From NCBI GenBank assembly GCA_000004695.1, contig CM000153.2, forward strand, positions 4,800,001 to 4,864,000: a DNA stretch of 64,000 nucleotides, written 5' to 3'. A model generated the notes under the pieces. That model did not search any database and was not told where the DNA came from. It worked only from the letters and a program-made list of their open reading frames with translations. This document shows, one piece after another, positions 41,073-52,534 of the stretch (position 1 is the first letter of the stretch; every line of letters starts with the position of its first letter). Made by a program: the position numbers and the translations under genes. The DNA comes from Dictyostelium discoideum (Eukaryota).

Positions 41073-41267
41073 AGTTTTATATATAAAATATTTTTTTGAC
41101 TTTATTTTAAAAATAAACTAAAAAATAAAAATATTGTGTGTGTGGTTTGTTTTTTTTTTTTTTTTTTTTTTTAAATTATTTGTTTTTATTTTATATTTTT
41201 ATTTTTAATCATGTGATGAAAAATAAATAATTTTTATTTATAATTAATATTTTTTATAATTTAAAAT

Positions 41268-43802
41268 TTAATTTAAAGATTCTTCAACAAAATCATCATT
41301 TTGTGGTGATTGTGTTGAAGTTTGAACTGGTGAATCAATTTGTTGTGGTTGTTGTGATGAATCTTGTTGTTGTTGTTGTTGTTCTTCATTCTTTGGTTGT
41401 TGTTGTTGTTGTTGTTGTTGTTGTAAATTTATAGATTGTGGTGGTTGTTGTTGTTGTGGTGGTTTAGTTGAAGTTATTGATTTTGGAGAATTCATAGTAT
41501 TTGAAATTGCAGCTTCATTTCTTTTTCTAGTAACAGCTTTATTAATAGCATCTTTCATTTTTCTTAAATTATTATTAATAATTTGAGATTGAATATCAGA
41601 AGCCAATTGAGTAACTCTTTGTTGAACTGTTGTAGTGGTATCGACTAAACGAAGACGTTCTTTTATCATTTGCATTGATGGTGAATTCTCTGGTTGTTTT
41701 AAGAAATCAGCAATATCTAAAACCAACATTGGCATATGTTGAATTGATTGATTACGTTTGAAACCAATTGAGAAATATTCTAAACCTACTGTAGTTGTTA
41801 AATTTTCATCCCAATATAAAGTTTTAATAGTTTTATTTACTTGAATTACACGACCTAAAGTAATGGCTAAATCATCACCAGCATGATGACCAGAGATATC
41901 GATTTCAGTGATTGTATCATTTTTTAAGAGAGCATGAGCCAATGGTATAATGTCACCCTTTACACGACCATTATTTTGACCAGCAAAATGTAAAGTTTCC
42001 AATGGACATAAACTAAAAGATGATGGTGAAATTAATTTAACCAATGATTTAACTGCATTACCTAATGAACCACTACCAACACCACCACCACTACCACCAC
42101 TACCACCACTTGAATCACCTGTAAGTTTTGAAGTTACTTTTGAAATTGATAATTTATTCATAATATCGGTATTGATAGTGAAATTACGATTTATATAAAG
42201 ATGTTTTAATTTTGGTAGGGTAGTATGACAGAGTATATCTACCAATGTAACAATACCCTCTTCCTCTAATTCATTATCAGAAAGATTCAAACGAATTAAG
42301 TTGATAACTGATGAAAGAATTGTATAGATTGAATTTGGTGATGGACAAGTTGATGATAAATCTATATCTGCAAGATTTGGACAAATCATTGAAAGGAACA
42401 ATGAAAGATCATTAGCATTTTGTTCGAGTTGTTGTTTATTTGATGCATTGAAATTCAATTTATTAGCAGATAAATCAAGTTTTGAAATGATTCTAGTCTC
42501 TTTTGATTTTTGAATGGTTGGTGGTGGTTTAATAGCTGACCAAGTTGGTTGACAATTAGACATTTCAAATTGACGCAATGCAGTTGCCTCTGATAAAAAC
42601 AATACCATATCAGAGGCAGCATCCTCCATACGATTACCAGAGACTGAAAGGAATTTCAAGTTCTTTGAAATCCATTTATTTTGTCTAAAAGCTCTGAAAA
42701 GGTTGGAAAGACCTTGCTTACCGATATTACATTTCGATAGATTGATGGAATGAATCTCATGAGAGATCGTAGATAACCAATCGTTACAAAGGAATTGCAC
42801 ACCACGATCTTCGATTGAATTATTTGATAAATCAACTTGAGTTAAATAGTTATTGAATGCCAATGACATCCAAGTCTCTGGTGTTATCCAAGATTCTCTT
42901 GCATTGATATTAGAAAGTTGTAATCTCGATATCTTTCTATTGGTTTCCAATACCCTATTGACTGAATGCACGCCATCATTACCAATCTTACATTGAGTCG
43001 ATGGTGTTGAGTTTGCCACAGTCACCGATTCAAACCATTGATTATACTTTAATGCATCAATCATTGCTCTACCTTGTTGAGGTGTTGGTGATTCTGGCCA
43101 ATCACTTAAATTTAAATCTTTAATATTATTAGACTCAAATAAATTATCAACTTCCCAACAAATATCCTCTCTAACTTGAATACCATAAAAATCTGAACAA
43201 CAACGATATGTTCTTGAAAATCCACCACATGCTCCAATATTTAAATTATTATTATTATTTGATGTTGTTGTTGTTGTCGTATTACCATTTTTACTCTCTT
43301 GCATACCAGGGAAATTTAATGAAAACATTTTCTTTATTGCAATTGATAATTCTTGAACTTTTTCAGAATTATTAAAGTTAATTGTAATTTGATTAAATTT
43401 TAAGGTTGCCTCTTGTTCTGAACTACCTTCAGTTGTTATTTGATAATCTAATAAATCTAATATATGTGCATCGAATAATGGTTTACTACTTGATGATGTT
43501 GAAAATACATGAAATCTAAATGATGAAACTATTAATATCTTTTGTTCTTCTTGTTGTTGTTTTGATGATGAAAAGAAATTCTTTTTTTTTAATTCTGTAT
43601 ATATTCCACTAAAATAAATTTGTTTTCCTCTTAAATATTGTTCAATATTTTCTTTTTAATTTTTTAATTTTTTTTTTTTTTTTATTATTTAATTAGTATT
43701 AAAATGAAGTTCAATTTTTGTTATTATTTTTATATTTTATATACTTTTTTCACTTGGACCAAAACTGGAGTCTGTTGGAAATATTAAACGATTTTCATCC
43801 AT
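41268..43802 (-). CDS. CARMIL-like leucine-rich-repeat protein (capping protein/Arp2/3/myosin-I linker family); exons 43745..43802 and 41268..43651
   Basis: ATG at 43802 (MDENRLIFPTDSSFGPSEK). Donor GTATAT (phase 1), 93-nt intron, acceptor TTAAAAAG. The N-terminal PH-like region (KILIVSSFRFHVFSTSSSSK...LDYQITTEGSSEQEATLKFNQITINF) precedes the conserved CARMIL block ...NIGACGGFSRTYRCCSDFYGIQVREDICWEVDNLFESNNIKDLNLSDWPESPTPQQGRAMIDALKYNQWFESV. That block matches human CARMIL1 [32 protein letters not shown]...IIAALEYNQWF. LRRs follow, with a Q-rich C-terminus. It is shorter than the classical 1050-aa CARMIL. Confidence 0.65.
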
Positions 43803-44156
43803 TTTTTTTTTTTTTTTTTTTTTTTGGTTTGTAATAAAACAATGATAAAAAATAAATAAAATAACAAAAAATAAAAAAAAAAAATAAAAAAATAAAAATC
43901 CCAAAAGGTGGTGAAAAAAAAAAAATAAAAAAAAAAAAAAAAAATAAAAAAATTTATTTGAAAAGAAATCAAAAAAAAAAAAAAAAACTGGTTCCCAAAA
44001 AATGTTATTTTTTATTTATTGTTTACATTTTTAAATAAATTTAATAAAAAAAAAAAAAACAAAATAAATAGAAAAAGATGTTTTTGCAAATTATAAAAAG
44101 ATATTATTATAAATAAAAAGAAAGTAAAAAGGTAAAATAAATTAATTATCATCAAA

Positions 44157-44240
44157 CCGGCTTTGGCGCAATGGTAGCGCGATTGACTGTAGTATTAATT
44201 AGTGATCAATCGGTTGCTAGTTCGAATCTGGCAAGCCGGA
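44157..44240 (+). tRNA. tRNA-Tyr (anticodon GUA) with 12-nt intron
   Basis: Acceptor stem CCGGCTT/AAGCCGG; D-arm GCGC-AATGGTA-GCGC; anticodon stem ATTGA/TCAAT with loop CTGTAG. The intron TATTAATTAGTG sits after position 37. T-arm GCTAG-TTCGAAT-CTGGC; discriminator A. An intron at 37/38 is canonical for eukaryotic tRNA-Tyr. Confidence 0.8.
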
Positions 44241-44269
44241 CTTTTAAAAAAGGATTACTTGAGATCACA

Positions 44270-44282
44270 GGTTCGAATCTCC
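44270..44282 (+). promoter_or_regulatory. External B-box (exB) downstream of the tRNA gene
   Basis: GGTTCGAATCTCC, a second B-box-like motif about 30 nt 3' of the tRNA. Dictyostelium tRNA genes frequently carry this extra B-box. Confidence 0.45.
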
Positions 44283-44700
44283 TTTTAACATTCAGGTTGA
44301 AATCTATATTAGCCTCTATTAACGTCCATAAAAAACAAATACTGGAGTGGGACCGCTTTTGGGCAGTCCAATATTAATATTTAATTACTTAATCTTATAA
44401 TATAAAAAAAAACCCAAAATAATAAAGATTATTAGTTAATCTTATAAAATTTTAAAAAAAATCTTCAAAAAAAATGAAAATAATTTATCAAGTAATATTT
44501 ATGTTTATTTTAAAAAAAAAAAAATAATTTCAAATAAAATTACAATTGTTTTATTCATGATGATATCACTTTTTGTCACTAATTATTTTTTTTTTTTTAT
44601 TTTTTTTTTTTTTATAATCCACATAAACAAAAAAAAAAAAAAAACTCATTATATTAAAAAAAAAAAACTCGTTATATTAAAAAAAAAAAAAAAAAAAAAA

Positions 44701-45410
44701 ATGAACATTGTAACAATTAAAAAACTATCAAATAAATTAAAAAAATTAAAATCTTTATATGTTTTGATTCCAACAATTATTATATTATATTTTAATAATA
44801 AATTAATATATGAAAATGTTGTTTTAAAACTTAATGGACCAGTAAATATTTTAAATTAATCAACAACTAGTATATATATATATATTAAAACTATAAAATT
44901 AATAAATTTTTTTATTTTAAATAATTTATATAGGTATTGGATTCATTTTTGAAAGGGTATACTAAAGAAGAGGCAATAATGACATTAACAAATTTAGGAG
45001 ATGATGGAAGAGAAATTTATAAAACACTTTATTCAAGTTATTATGATATTACATTTCCAATAATTTTAGCAATAACATTAACTTCATTATTATCATTGAA
45101 TTATCCATTGTACAAAAAAGAGAAATCAACATCTACTTTGGGTATTTTCAATCTCTTACCTGTTTGTTATATGGTTTTCGATGAATTGGAGAATTATTGT
45201 CATATTCAAATTTTAAAATTCTTTAAACCAACACTATCATCAACTTCAATTGATAACTATTTATTCTTTGGTTCATACTTTTGTTTTTTAAAATATATAT
45301 TTTTTTTCACATGTTTATTTTTATTATTTTTAGGTATTTTAATCAATTTTGTACTTTTTGTAAACTTTAAAATTAATAATAATAATAAAAAAAATAAAAA
45401 ATTAATTTAA
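44701..45410 (+). CDS. Multi-pass membrane protein, uncharacterized; exons 44701..44841 and 44934..45410, about 205 aa
   Basis: ATG at 44701 (MNIVTIKKLSNKLKKLKSLYVLIPTIIILYFNNKLIYENVVLKLNGP). Donor GTAAAT at 44842, 92-nt intron, acceptor TATATAG. Exon 2 (VLDSFLKGYTKEEAIMTLTNLGDDGREIYKTLYSSYYDITFPIILAITLTSLLSL...) is in phase 0 and has several hydrophobic helices. Confidence 0.4.
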
Positions 45411-45532
45411 ACAATACATATATATTGTAAAATAATAAATAAAAATAAAAAAAAAAAAATAATTAAAATAAATAAATAAATTTATTAATTGGGAGGGGGA
45501 AAGGTTAAAAGTAACAATATGAATTTTAAAAT

Positions 45533-45826
45533 TTAGAGAACTTTAGCTTTAATATGAATTCCAAGTAAACCTAATAAATTGGCCATAATATCAGCATTGA
45601 TTAAACTTGTTGATTGATTACCACCAAATGAAGAAGTCATTCCTTTGGTATTACTTGAATTTACAGAGATTGTTTTGTTCAAAGAATTACCATTTTGAAT
45701 TGAACCAATGCTAGAAATTGAAGCTAAATAATTAAATAATTAAAATTTAGAAATCGAGGAGTTGTAATAAAAAAAAAAAAAAAAAAGAAATAATAATAAT
45801 ATTTTATATTTACAAATTAATGTCAT
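45533..45826 (-). CDS. HssA/2C/7E-family small protein, array copy A; exons 45814..45826 and 45533..45723
   Basis: ATGACATTAATTT followed by GTAAAT; 90-nt intron; acceptor TTATTTAG. Protein MTLI-S-SISSIGSIQNGNSLNKTISVNSSNTKGMTSSFGGNQSTSLINADIMANLLGLLGIHIKAKVL*. Confidence 0.6.
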
Positions 45827-45875
45827 TTTGTTTGTTTGTTTGTTTGTTTGTTTGTTTGTTTGTTTGTTTGTTGAT
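45827..45875. repeat. (GTTT)n, about 11 units, abutting the start codon of copy A on the opposite strand
   Basis: ttgtttgtttgtttg... run. Confidence 0.85.
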
Positions 45876-46919
45876 TTGTTTATTTAAATTTTTGATTTAG
45901 TGAAAAAAAAAGTTTAATTTATAGAAAAAAAAAAAAAAAATACATTATTAAGAAAAATGATAATAATATTTAAAAATAATACAATAGTACAGTTTTTTAC
46001 TAAAAATATTTGAAATACATTTGATTATTAAAGAAGTAAAATTATTTTAAAAAGGAATAGATCAGTTTTGTTGAACTTTCTTTCTAATAATAATTTTAAA
46101 ATCTAGATAAAATATCTAATTTCAATTAATCAATATAAAGATCTAACTTTATTAAGTGGGAAAATAAATAAATGATATTTGTAAACAGAACAATGTTTTA
46201 GTGCCCTATTAAAAAAAAAATTAAAAAATTAAATCTCACCCACTTTTCTTTAACCACACAAACACAAAAAATTTTTTTTTTTCTCTTTTTAGTTTCAAGA
46301 TTTACCAATTTCTTTTAATAATCAATGTATATTGTGATATATTTGTTTGTTTGAAATTATTATTAATTTTAATTAATGATAGTTTATATATATTAAAAGA
46401 AGGAAGAAAATTTAATATCCAATTATAATAAAAAAAAAACAATAAAACTATTAATGTACAACCACTGAACATTAAAAAATAAAACTGTTTCTAGAATAAT
46501 TTTGGTTTATTTTATTAAAAAGAAAACCCTTAGAATATGTTGATAATATTGATAGTCAATATGTAATTGAAAAAAATAAAAATAAAATAAAATAAAATAA
46601 AATAAAATAAAATCACAAACCCACAGATTCTATTTTTTTATTTTTCTTTTTTTTTTTTTCCTTTTTTTTTTTTAAAACAAAATTAAACCCCCAAAAGTTT
46701 ACTATAATTTTATATATAAAAAAATTAATAAAAAGTAAAAATGGAAAATAATTGTAGAAAATTTTTTCTTTTATTTTTTATTTTTATAGTTAATTTAATT
46801 CTGAAAAATGATTAATTTAATCAAACTATAATAATTATAATTATAATCTATAGTAGAATTAATAATTTTATATTTTAAAATATATTTAATAAATTTAATA
46901 TTAAATTTGGCTTTTAATA

Positions 46920-47186
46920 TTAAAGTTGGGTAAATTGAATATATTTCAAGTAATTTGATCTATTAGGTATTCTTAAAATAGATATTGTAGATTGATTTCC
47001 ACTAAATGATGTTAATCCTTTTGCTCCATTATTGGAAATTGTACTGTTAGTTTTATTCAAAGAATTAAAGTTTTGAATTGAACCAATTTTAGAAATTGAA
47101 GCTAGATTCGAAAAAAAAAAAGATTTAAAATCAATACTAATTAATTAATATTAAAAATATAATTAATAATTACAAAATAAAGTCAT
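46920..47186 (-). CDS. HssA/2C/7E-family small protein, array copy B; exons 47174..47186 and 46920..47101
   Basis: ATGACTTTATTTT followed by GTAATT; 72-nt intron; acceptor AATCTAG. Protein MTLF-S-SISKIGSIQNFNSLNKTNSTISNNGAKGLTSFSGNQSTISILRIPNRSNYLKYIQFTQL*. Exon 2 is 182 nt, as 2 + 60 codons, consistent. Confidence 0.5.
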
Positions 47187-47815
47187 TTTTAAAGTTTTAG
47201 TTTTTTGTTTTTTGTTTTTTAATAATTTTATTTAATGATAAAAAAAAAGTTTAATTTATACAAATAAAATTTATAATTATAAATTAAATAATTAAAATTA
47301 AAAAATATTATTTTGAAAGATAAATTTAATAAAAAATAAAAAAATTCCCCTTTTGGAAAGTGAATTACAAGGTTTCAGTGAACAAGAGGATAATCTGTGC
47401 ACATGTTTTATATATTTTGAAATAATTTCATTTCAAAACCATTTGCTATTTTTAAAAAAAAAATATTTTTAATTTAATAAAAATCTAAAGAATAAAAAAA
47501 AAAATTCAACAATTTCAAATAACATAACCGAACATTTTTTTAAAAAAAAAAGAAATTAATATGAACACAACCACACCAAAACTCCTGGCACACAAATCAA
47601 CACAGCCACAAAAACTAAAAAAAATTGTGATGTTTGGTTTTTAAAGAGCATTATTCAATTAAATAGGGTGGTACACAAGAAATTCTTCATTGTTTTTCTT
47701 TTTTATCATTACATCTTTTTTTTTTAAAAATAATAATTAAGCTTTTAAAATAATTTATTGTTATTCATTTTTTTTTTTTGTTTTTTTTTTTTTTTTTTAA
47801 TTTCAAATCGGTTCA

Positions 47816-48078
47816 TCAAAAAAGCTTTCCAAAAAAGTAATAAGATCTACCCATATATATGGTAGATTGATTTCCACTAAATGAGGTTAATCCTTTTGCT
47901 TCATTATTAGACATTGTACTGTTAGTTTTGTTTTCGTTAATAGAATTACCGTTTTGAATTGAACCAATTTTGGAAACTGAAGCTAAATTTTAAAAAAAAA
48001 AAAAAAAATTTAAAAAATCAATACTATTTAATTAAAATTAAAATTAAAATTTATTTAATATTTCCAAAATAAAGTCAT
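47816..48078 (-). pseudogene. hssA-family array copy C with destroyed first-intron donor
   Basis: First exon ATGACTTTATTTT is followed by GG instead of GT; the plus strand has tcc where copies B, D and E have tac. The read-through frame stops after MTLFWKY. The exon-2 homolog 47816..47982 still encodes SSVSKIGSIQNGNSINENKTNSTMSNNEAKGLTSFSGNQSTIYMGRSYYFFGKLF*. Confidence 0.5.
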
Positions 48079-48738
48079 TTTAAAGTTTTTGTTTTTTGTT
48101 TTTGATTTTGATTTGTTAAAAAATATTTTAATGATAAAAAAAAAGTTTAATTTATGCAAATAAAATTTATAATTAAAAATTAAAATAATTAATTTTAATA
48201 CTTATTTTGAATAACATTTCTTTGTTCAATGATGCAAGGTCTATATTAATTTTTAAACCAAACATGAAAAAAAGCTCTTCCTTTTTGGTTAGTGAATTAC
48301 AAAGTTCCAGTTACAATTATGACGCAATTCAGTGTGTGTTTTATTTATTTGGAAAAAAAAAAAATACTTCATTTGTAATTTTTCATAAATAAAAATAAAT
48401 TTGAAAATAAAAATAAAAATAAAAAATAAAACTTTTGACCAACCACAAAAATAAAACACTTGAAAAAATAATAAAAAATTTTCTCATTTGGTGGGTGATG
48501 CAATAAACAATGTGTGTTGAGATATGCGCTATTTATTTTATAAAAAATTATTTTTATTATTTAAAAAAAGAATAAATTATCAATTGTCCCATTACAATTT
48601 TATCACTTTAATCTCATAAGCCCTATTAATATCAGGTAAAGTTATTTAATCAACTGCTTCAGGTCAATATTGTAATTATCGATTTTTTATTGTTCTTACA
48701 ACCAAAGTTGAACATTATTAAAACAAAATAACCAAAAC

Positions 48739-48960
48739 TTTAAAAAAAATAATCTAGGTTTTTAATATTAAATCCTTTTACTTCATTATTAGAAATTGTA
48801 CTGTTAGTTTTGTTCAAAGAAATACCATTTTGAATTGAACCAATTTTAGAAATTGAAGCTATATTAAAAAAAAAAAAAAAAAAAAAGATTTAAAAATCAA
48901 TACTAATTAATTAATTAATTAACATTAAAAATATAAATAATAATTACAAAATAAAGTCAT
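48739..48960 (-). pseudogene. hssA-family array copy D, frameshifted and truncated
   Basis: Exon 1 ATGACTTTATTTT followed by GTAATT is intact (48948..48960). Exon 2 from 48858 reads SSISKIGSIQNGISLNKTNSTISNNEGKRI* because an indel after ...AATGAAG shifts the frame; the downstream portion is also deleted. Confidence 0.45.
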
Positions 48961-49723
48961 TTTGAAGTTTTAGTTTTTTGTTTCTGATTTGTTAATAATT
49001 AATTTTAATGATTAAAAAAAGTTTTATTTATACAAATAAAATTTATGATTAAAAATTAAATAAATCAAATTATATTATTTTCAATTTAAATTTAATTCAA
49101 AAAAATTAATTTTAAAATAATTAATTTTAATACTTATTTTGATTAACATTTGTTTGTTCAATGATGTAAGGTCTATATTTATTTATAAACTCAACACAAA
49201 AATTTACCCATTTGTTAACTGAATTACCAAGTTTCTGTGACCTCGAGGATAACACAATTCGGTGTGTTTTATTTATTTAAAAAGTAAAAAATAATAATAT
49301 TTATTATTATTTTTTTTTTTTTTTTTTAGTTAATTTTTTTATTTATTTATTTAAAATCAATGCTAGGTTTGAAGTGTAATAGTAATAAATTTTATTTATT
49401 TGAACTTTAATTTTTTGATTAATAGAATTTTTATTATTTGGAAACACAATGTAGTTCCAAAGTTTTGCTTTTTTTTTTTTTTTATTTTTTTTTTTAAATT
49501 TTTTTTTTTTATTTTTAAATTTTTTTTTATTTTATTTTATTTATGGTTAAAATCACTGCAGGGAAATTTACAAATATATTTAAAGCGATTTGATATATTT
49601 GGAAGTCACTCACTAAAAGAGAAAAAAGTGGGATAACTCATTAAAAAAGAAGAAAAAAATTGGAATTAAAAAAAAATAAATTGTTTATTTTTGTTTTTTT
49701 TTTTTTTAGAGAAAAAGATGGGC

Positions 49724-49992
49724 TTATTTATTTTTTGTTGTGGCTTTAGTAATTATAGCAATTTGAAGTAATAAATCCCCTATAGATTTTGTTGATTGAT
49801 TTCCGCTAAATGATGGTGATCCTTTAGCTTCATTGTTAGAAATTGTACTGGTAATTTCGTTCAAAGAATTACCGTTTTTAATTGTGCCAATTTTAGAAAT
49901 TGAGGCTAAATTAAAAAAAAAAAAAAAAATTTAAAATCAATACCAATTAATTAATTTTAAAAATATAATTAATAATTACATAACAAAGTCAT
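49724..49992 (-). CDS. HssA/2C/7E-family small protein, array copy E; exons 49980..49992 and 49724..49905
   Basis: ATGACTTTGTTAT followed by GTAATT; 74-nt intron; acceptor AATTTAG. Protein MTLL-S-SISKIGTIKNGNSLNEITSTISNNEAKGSPSFSGNQSTKSIGDLLLQIAIITKATTKNK*. Exon 2 is 182 nt, verified by count. Confidence 0.5.
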
Positions 49993-50910
49993 TTTAAAGT
50001 TTTAGTTTTTTGATTTTTATTTAAGGTTTTTGTTTTGTTTCTGATTTGTTAATAATTATTTAATGATGAAAAAAAAAGTTTAATTTATACAAATAAAATT
50101 TATAATTAAAAATTAAATAATTTAAATTAAAAAATATTATTTTGAAAGATAAATTTAATAAAAAATAAAAATAATTAATTTAATACTTATTTTGATTAAC
50201 ATTTCTTTGTTCAATGATGTAAGGTCTATATTAATTTTTAAACCAAACACAAAAAAAAACTATACCCTTTTGAGAACTGAATTACAAAGTTCCAGTTACG
50301 CTATTCGGTGTGTGTTTTATTTTTTTGGAAAAAAAAAAAAAAAAATACATAATTTGTAATTTTTCATAAATAAAAATAAAAATAAAAATAAAAATAAAAA
50401 TAAAATAAAAAATATATTTTTAAAACTTTTGATCAACCACAAAGATTAAACACAATCATAATAAAAAATTTCTGTTGGTAAGTGACGCAATAATCAATGT
50501 GTGTGTTGAGATATGTGCTATTTATTAAAAAAAATTATTTTTAATTTAATAATTATAATTAAAAAAGAGAATAAATTATTTCAAACTACATAATTGAACA
50601 TTTTTTTAAAAAAATGAAATTTATATGAACAAAAACACACCAAAACTCCTTATACACCAACCCGCACAGCCACAAAAATCACCAAAACTTTGTGATGATT
50701 GTTTTTTAGAGCATTGGATTAAATGGGTTGGTGCACAAGAAATTCTTCATTTTTTTTTTTTATCAATTGCCCCATGCCAATTTTATCACATTAATTTCAT
50801 TTATTATTATACATTTTTGGATTTATGAAAGCAAATAAAAAATAAACAAATTTTCGAGAAAAAAGGCTTTTTTGAAAAAAAAATAAGGGAAAATTTTTTT
50901 TTGTTTTTAA

Positions 50911-51410
50911 TATGAACGTTTTTGGAAAAGAAGAATCAGATGAACCATTATTACCAGGTGTCCAAATTATTATTACATCAAATAGAACCTCAATTGCTGA
51001 TTAAAATGGTAAATACTCATTAAAAGATCAAGTACCAGGTTCATATTGTAAAAATGATTTTCCAGATCATTACATTCCACTCAAATATCAATTACATTAC
51101 CAATAGTCTTCAACAATCACCTATATTGATGGTGAGTTTCAATCATTTATAAGTAGGTGATTATTGCATCAAAGCAACACAACCAGATATATACCCATTT
51201 GTTGTAACTTCAAATGATTCAGTTGTTGACTCAACAGGCTAATTTTGTTTCAAACTAACACATTTAATCCAACTACAGCAACAACCTCGGCAACATGATT
51301 AAACTTCACAAACTCTATTTTAATAATGTCAAATTTGAATCAGTTACTAAATTAGGTTATGGATTCAATAGAAATTTAAACCTCCGATGACAACACCATT
51401 TGGAAAGAAT
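50911..51410 (+). pseudogene. Decayed fragment of a colossin/CarboxypepD_reg-like repeat protein with multiple in-frame stops
   Basis: The frame from ATG 50911 reads NVFGKEESDEPLLPGVQIIITSNRTSIAD*NGKYSLKDQVPGSYCKNDFPDHYIPLKYQLHYQ*SSTITYIDGEFQSFISR*... This is the carboxypeptidase-regulatory-like beta-sandwich pattern (P-G-V-x-I...T-D-x-x-G-x-Y-x-L...PG-x-Y), with TAA, TAG and TGA at positions where sense codons are expected. Confidence 0.35.
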
Positions 51411-52456
51411 GTTAATAGTAATAGTAATAGTAATAGTAATAGCATTAATAAGTAACCACAACTAATACAAACACAACGGCCAACTAACACAACAGCCGCC
51501 ACAAGTTCTTTTACAATATAATCAAATTGAACAATCAATGAAAATGTGTTATCTTGTAAATTTAAATCATCTATCAAAATCATTAGATTCAATTAAACTT
51601 AGTGGTGTGAATTAGTTTCTAAGTAATTAATAATCAAATTAGTGCTCTTAGTAATAGTGATATTTTAGCAAAAACTAAAATCGGTTATTTTAAATGTTTT
51701 TTTTTATTAATTCATCTTTTTTTAAAAATAATAATAAAACTTTTTAAATAAATATTTATTATTTATTGTTTTTTATTATTTTTATTTTTATTTATTTTAT
51801 CAGTTAATTTTTTTCTTTCCTAAATTTAATTTAATTTTTTATTTTTAAAACCTATAATTTTGTTTATTTGCAAATTTTGGGTAATCTGATTATTTAATCA
51901 AAGTTTGAATTAAATAATAATAGAAATAAATTTTTTTTTTTTTTTTTGAACGTTAATTTTTAATTTTAAAAAAGGGAATAGATTTTGATTAAAAATTCTA
52001 TTAACAATTAAAAATGAAGAAAGAATAGAATTAGTAAAGGATTAAACTTTGTCAGAAACTAAACCTTTAAATCTAGATTTAAAAATAAAAATAAAGATTA
52101 AATCCCAATCAATAAAAACAAATTAATTAAATCATTTAAGTAAACATATAAAAAAACAAAAAAAAAAAAAAAAACGTGTGTTTTAAAACTTTTGAATAAC
52201 CACACTATATTAAAAAAAAAATTCTTTTAATATTTTAGATTTGAAGATTTACAAATATATAAAAAATGATGCAATAATAAATGCAAATGATGAGATGATA
52301 AAAGAAAAAACTATTTTTCATTTGTAAGTTAGATTTTATTTTTTTTTTTAAAAAAGTATTGTTTGTTTGTTAAAAAAAAAAAATATAAAAAGGGATAAAG
52401 AAAATTTATAAATCATTTCAAAATAAAAAAAACAACAATCAAATAAATAATTTAAA

Positions 52457-52497
52457 ATGACACTTATTTGTACGTTTCATCTTTATTTTTGTCTTTC

Positions 52498-52534
<37 letters not shown>

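Larger units (their letters stand above)
45500..50400. repeat. Tandem array of five repeat units of about 0.9-1.4 kb, each carrying one hssA-family gene or gene remnant plus conserved flanks
   Basis: Recurring blocks include ...ccactaaatga(t/g)g(t/g)taatccttt(t/a)gc(t/a)(c/t)cattatt(g/a)gaaattgtactg(t/g)ta... Another is ...ttttgtttt...aataattttatttaatgataaaaaaaaagtttaatttatacaaataaaatttataatta... A third, ...ttacaa(g/a)gtt(t/c)cagt(g/t)a..., recurs at about 45.6, 47.0, 47.9, 48.8 and 49.8 kb. Confidence 0.7.

Noticed and set aside
44171-44377. 68-aa plus-strand ORF overlapping the tRNA-Tyr gene.
   Set aside because: It is the tRNA and its flanks read as protein; the start is not an ATG.
45500-50400. 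Whether the regularly spaced ~1 kb repeats could be a CRISPR-like or satellite array.
   Set aside because: The units are about 1 kb, not 25-50 nt, and carry spliced eukaryotic mini-genes. There are no short direct repeats with unique spacers. The genomic context is eukaryotic.
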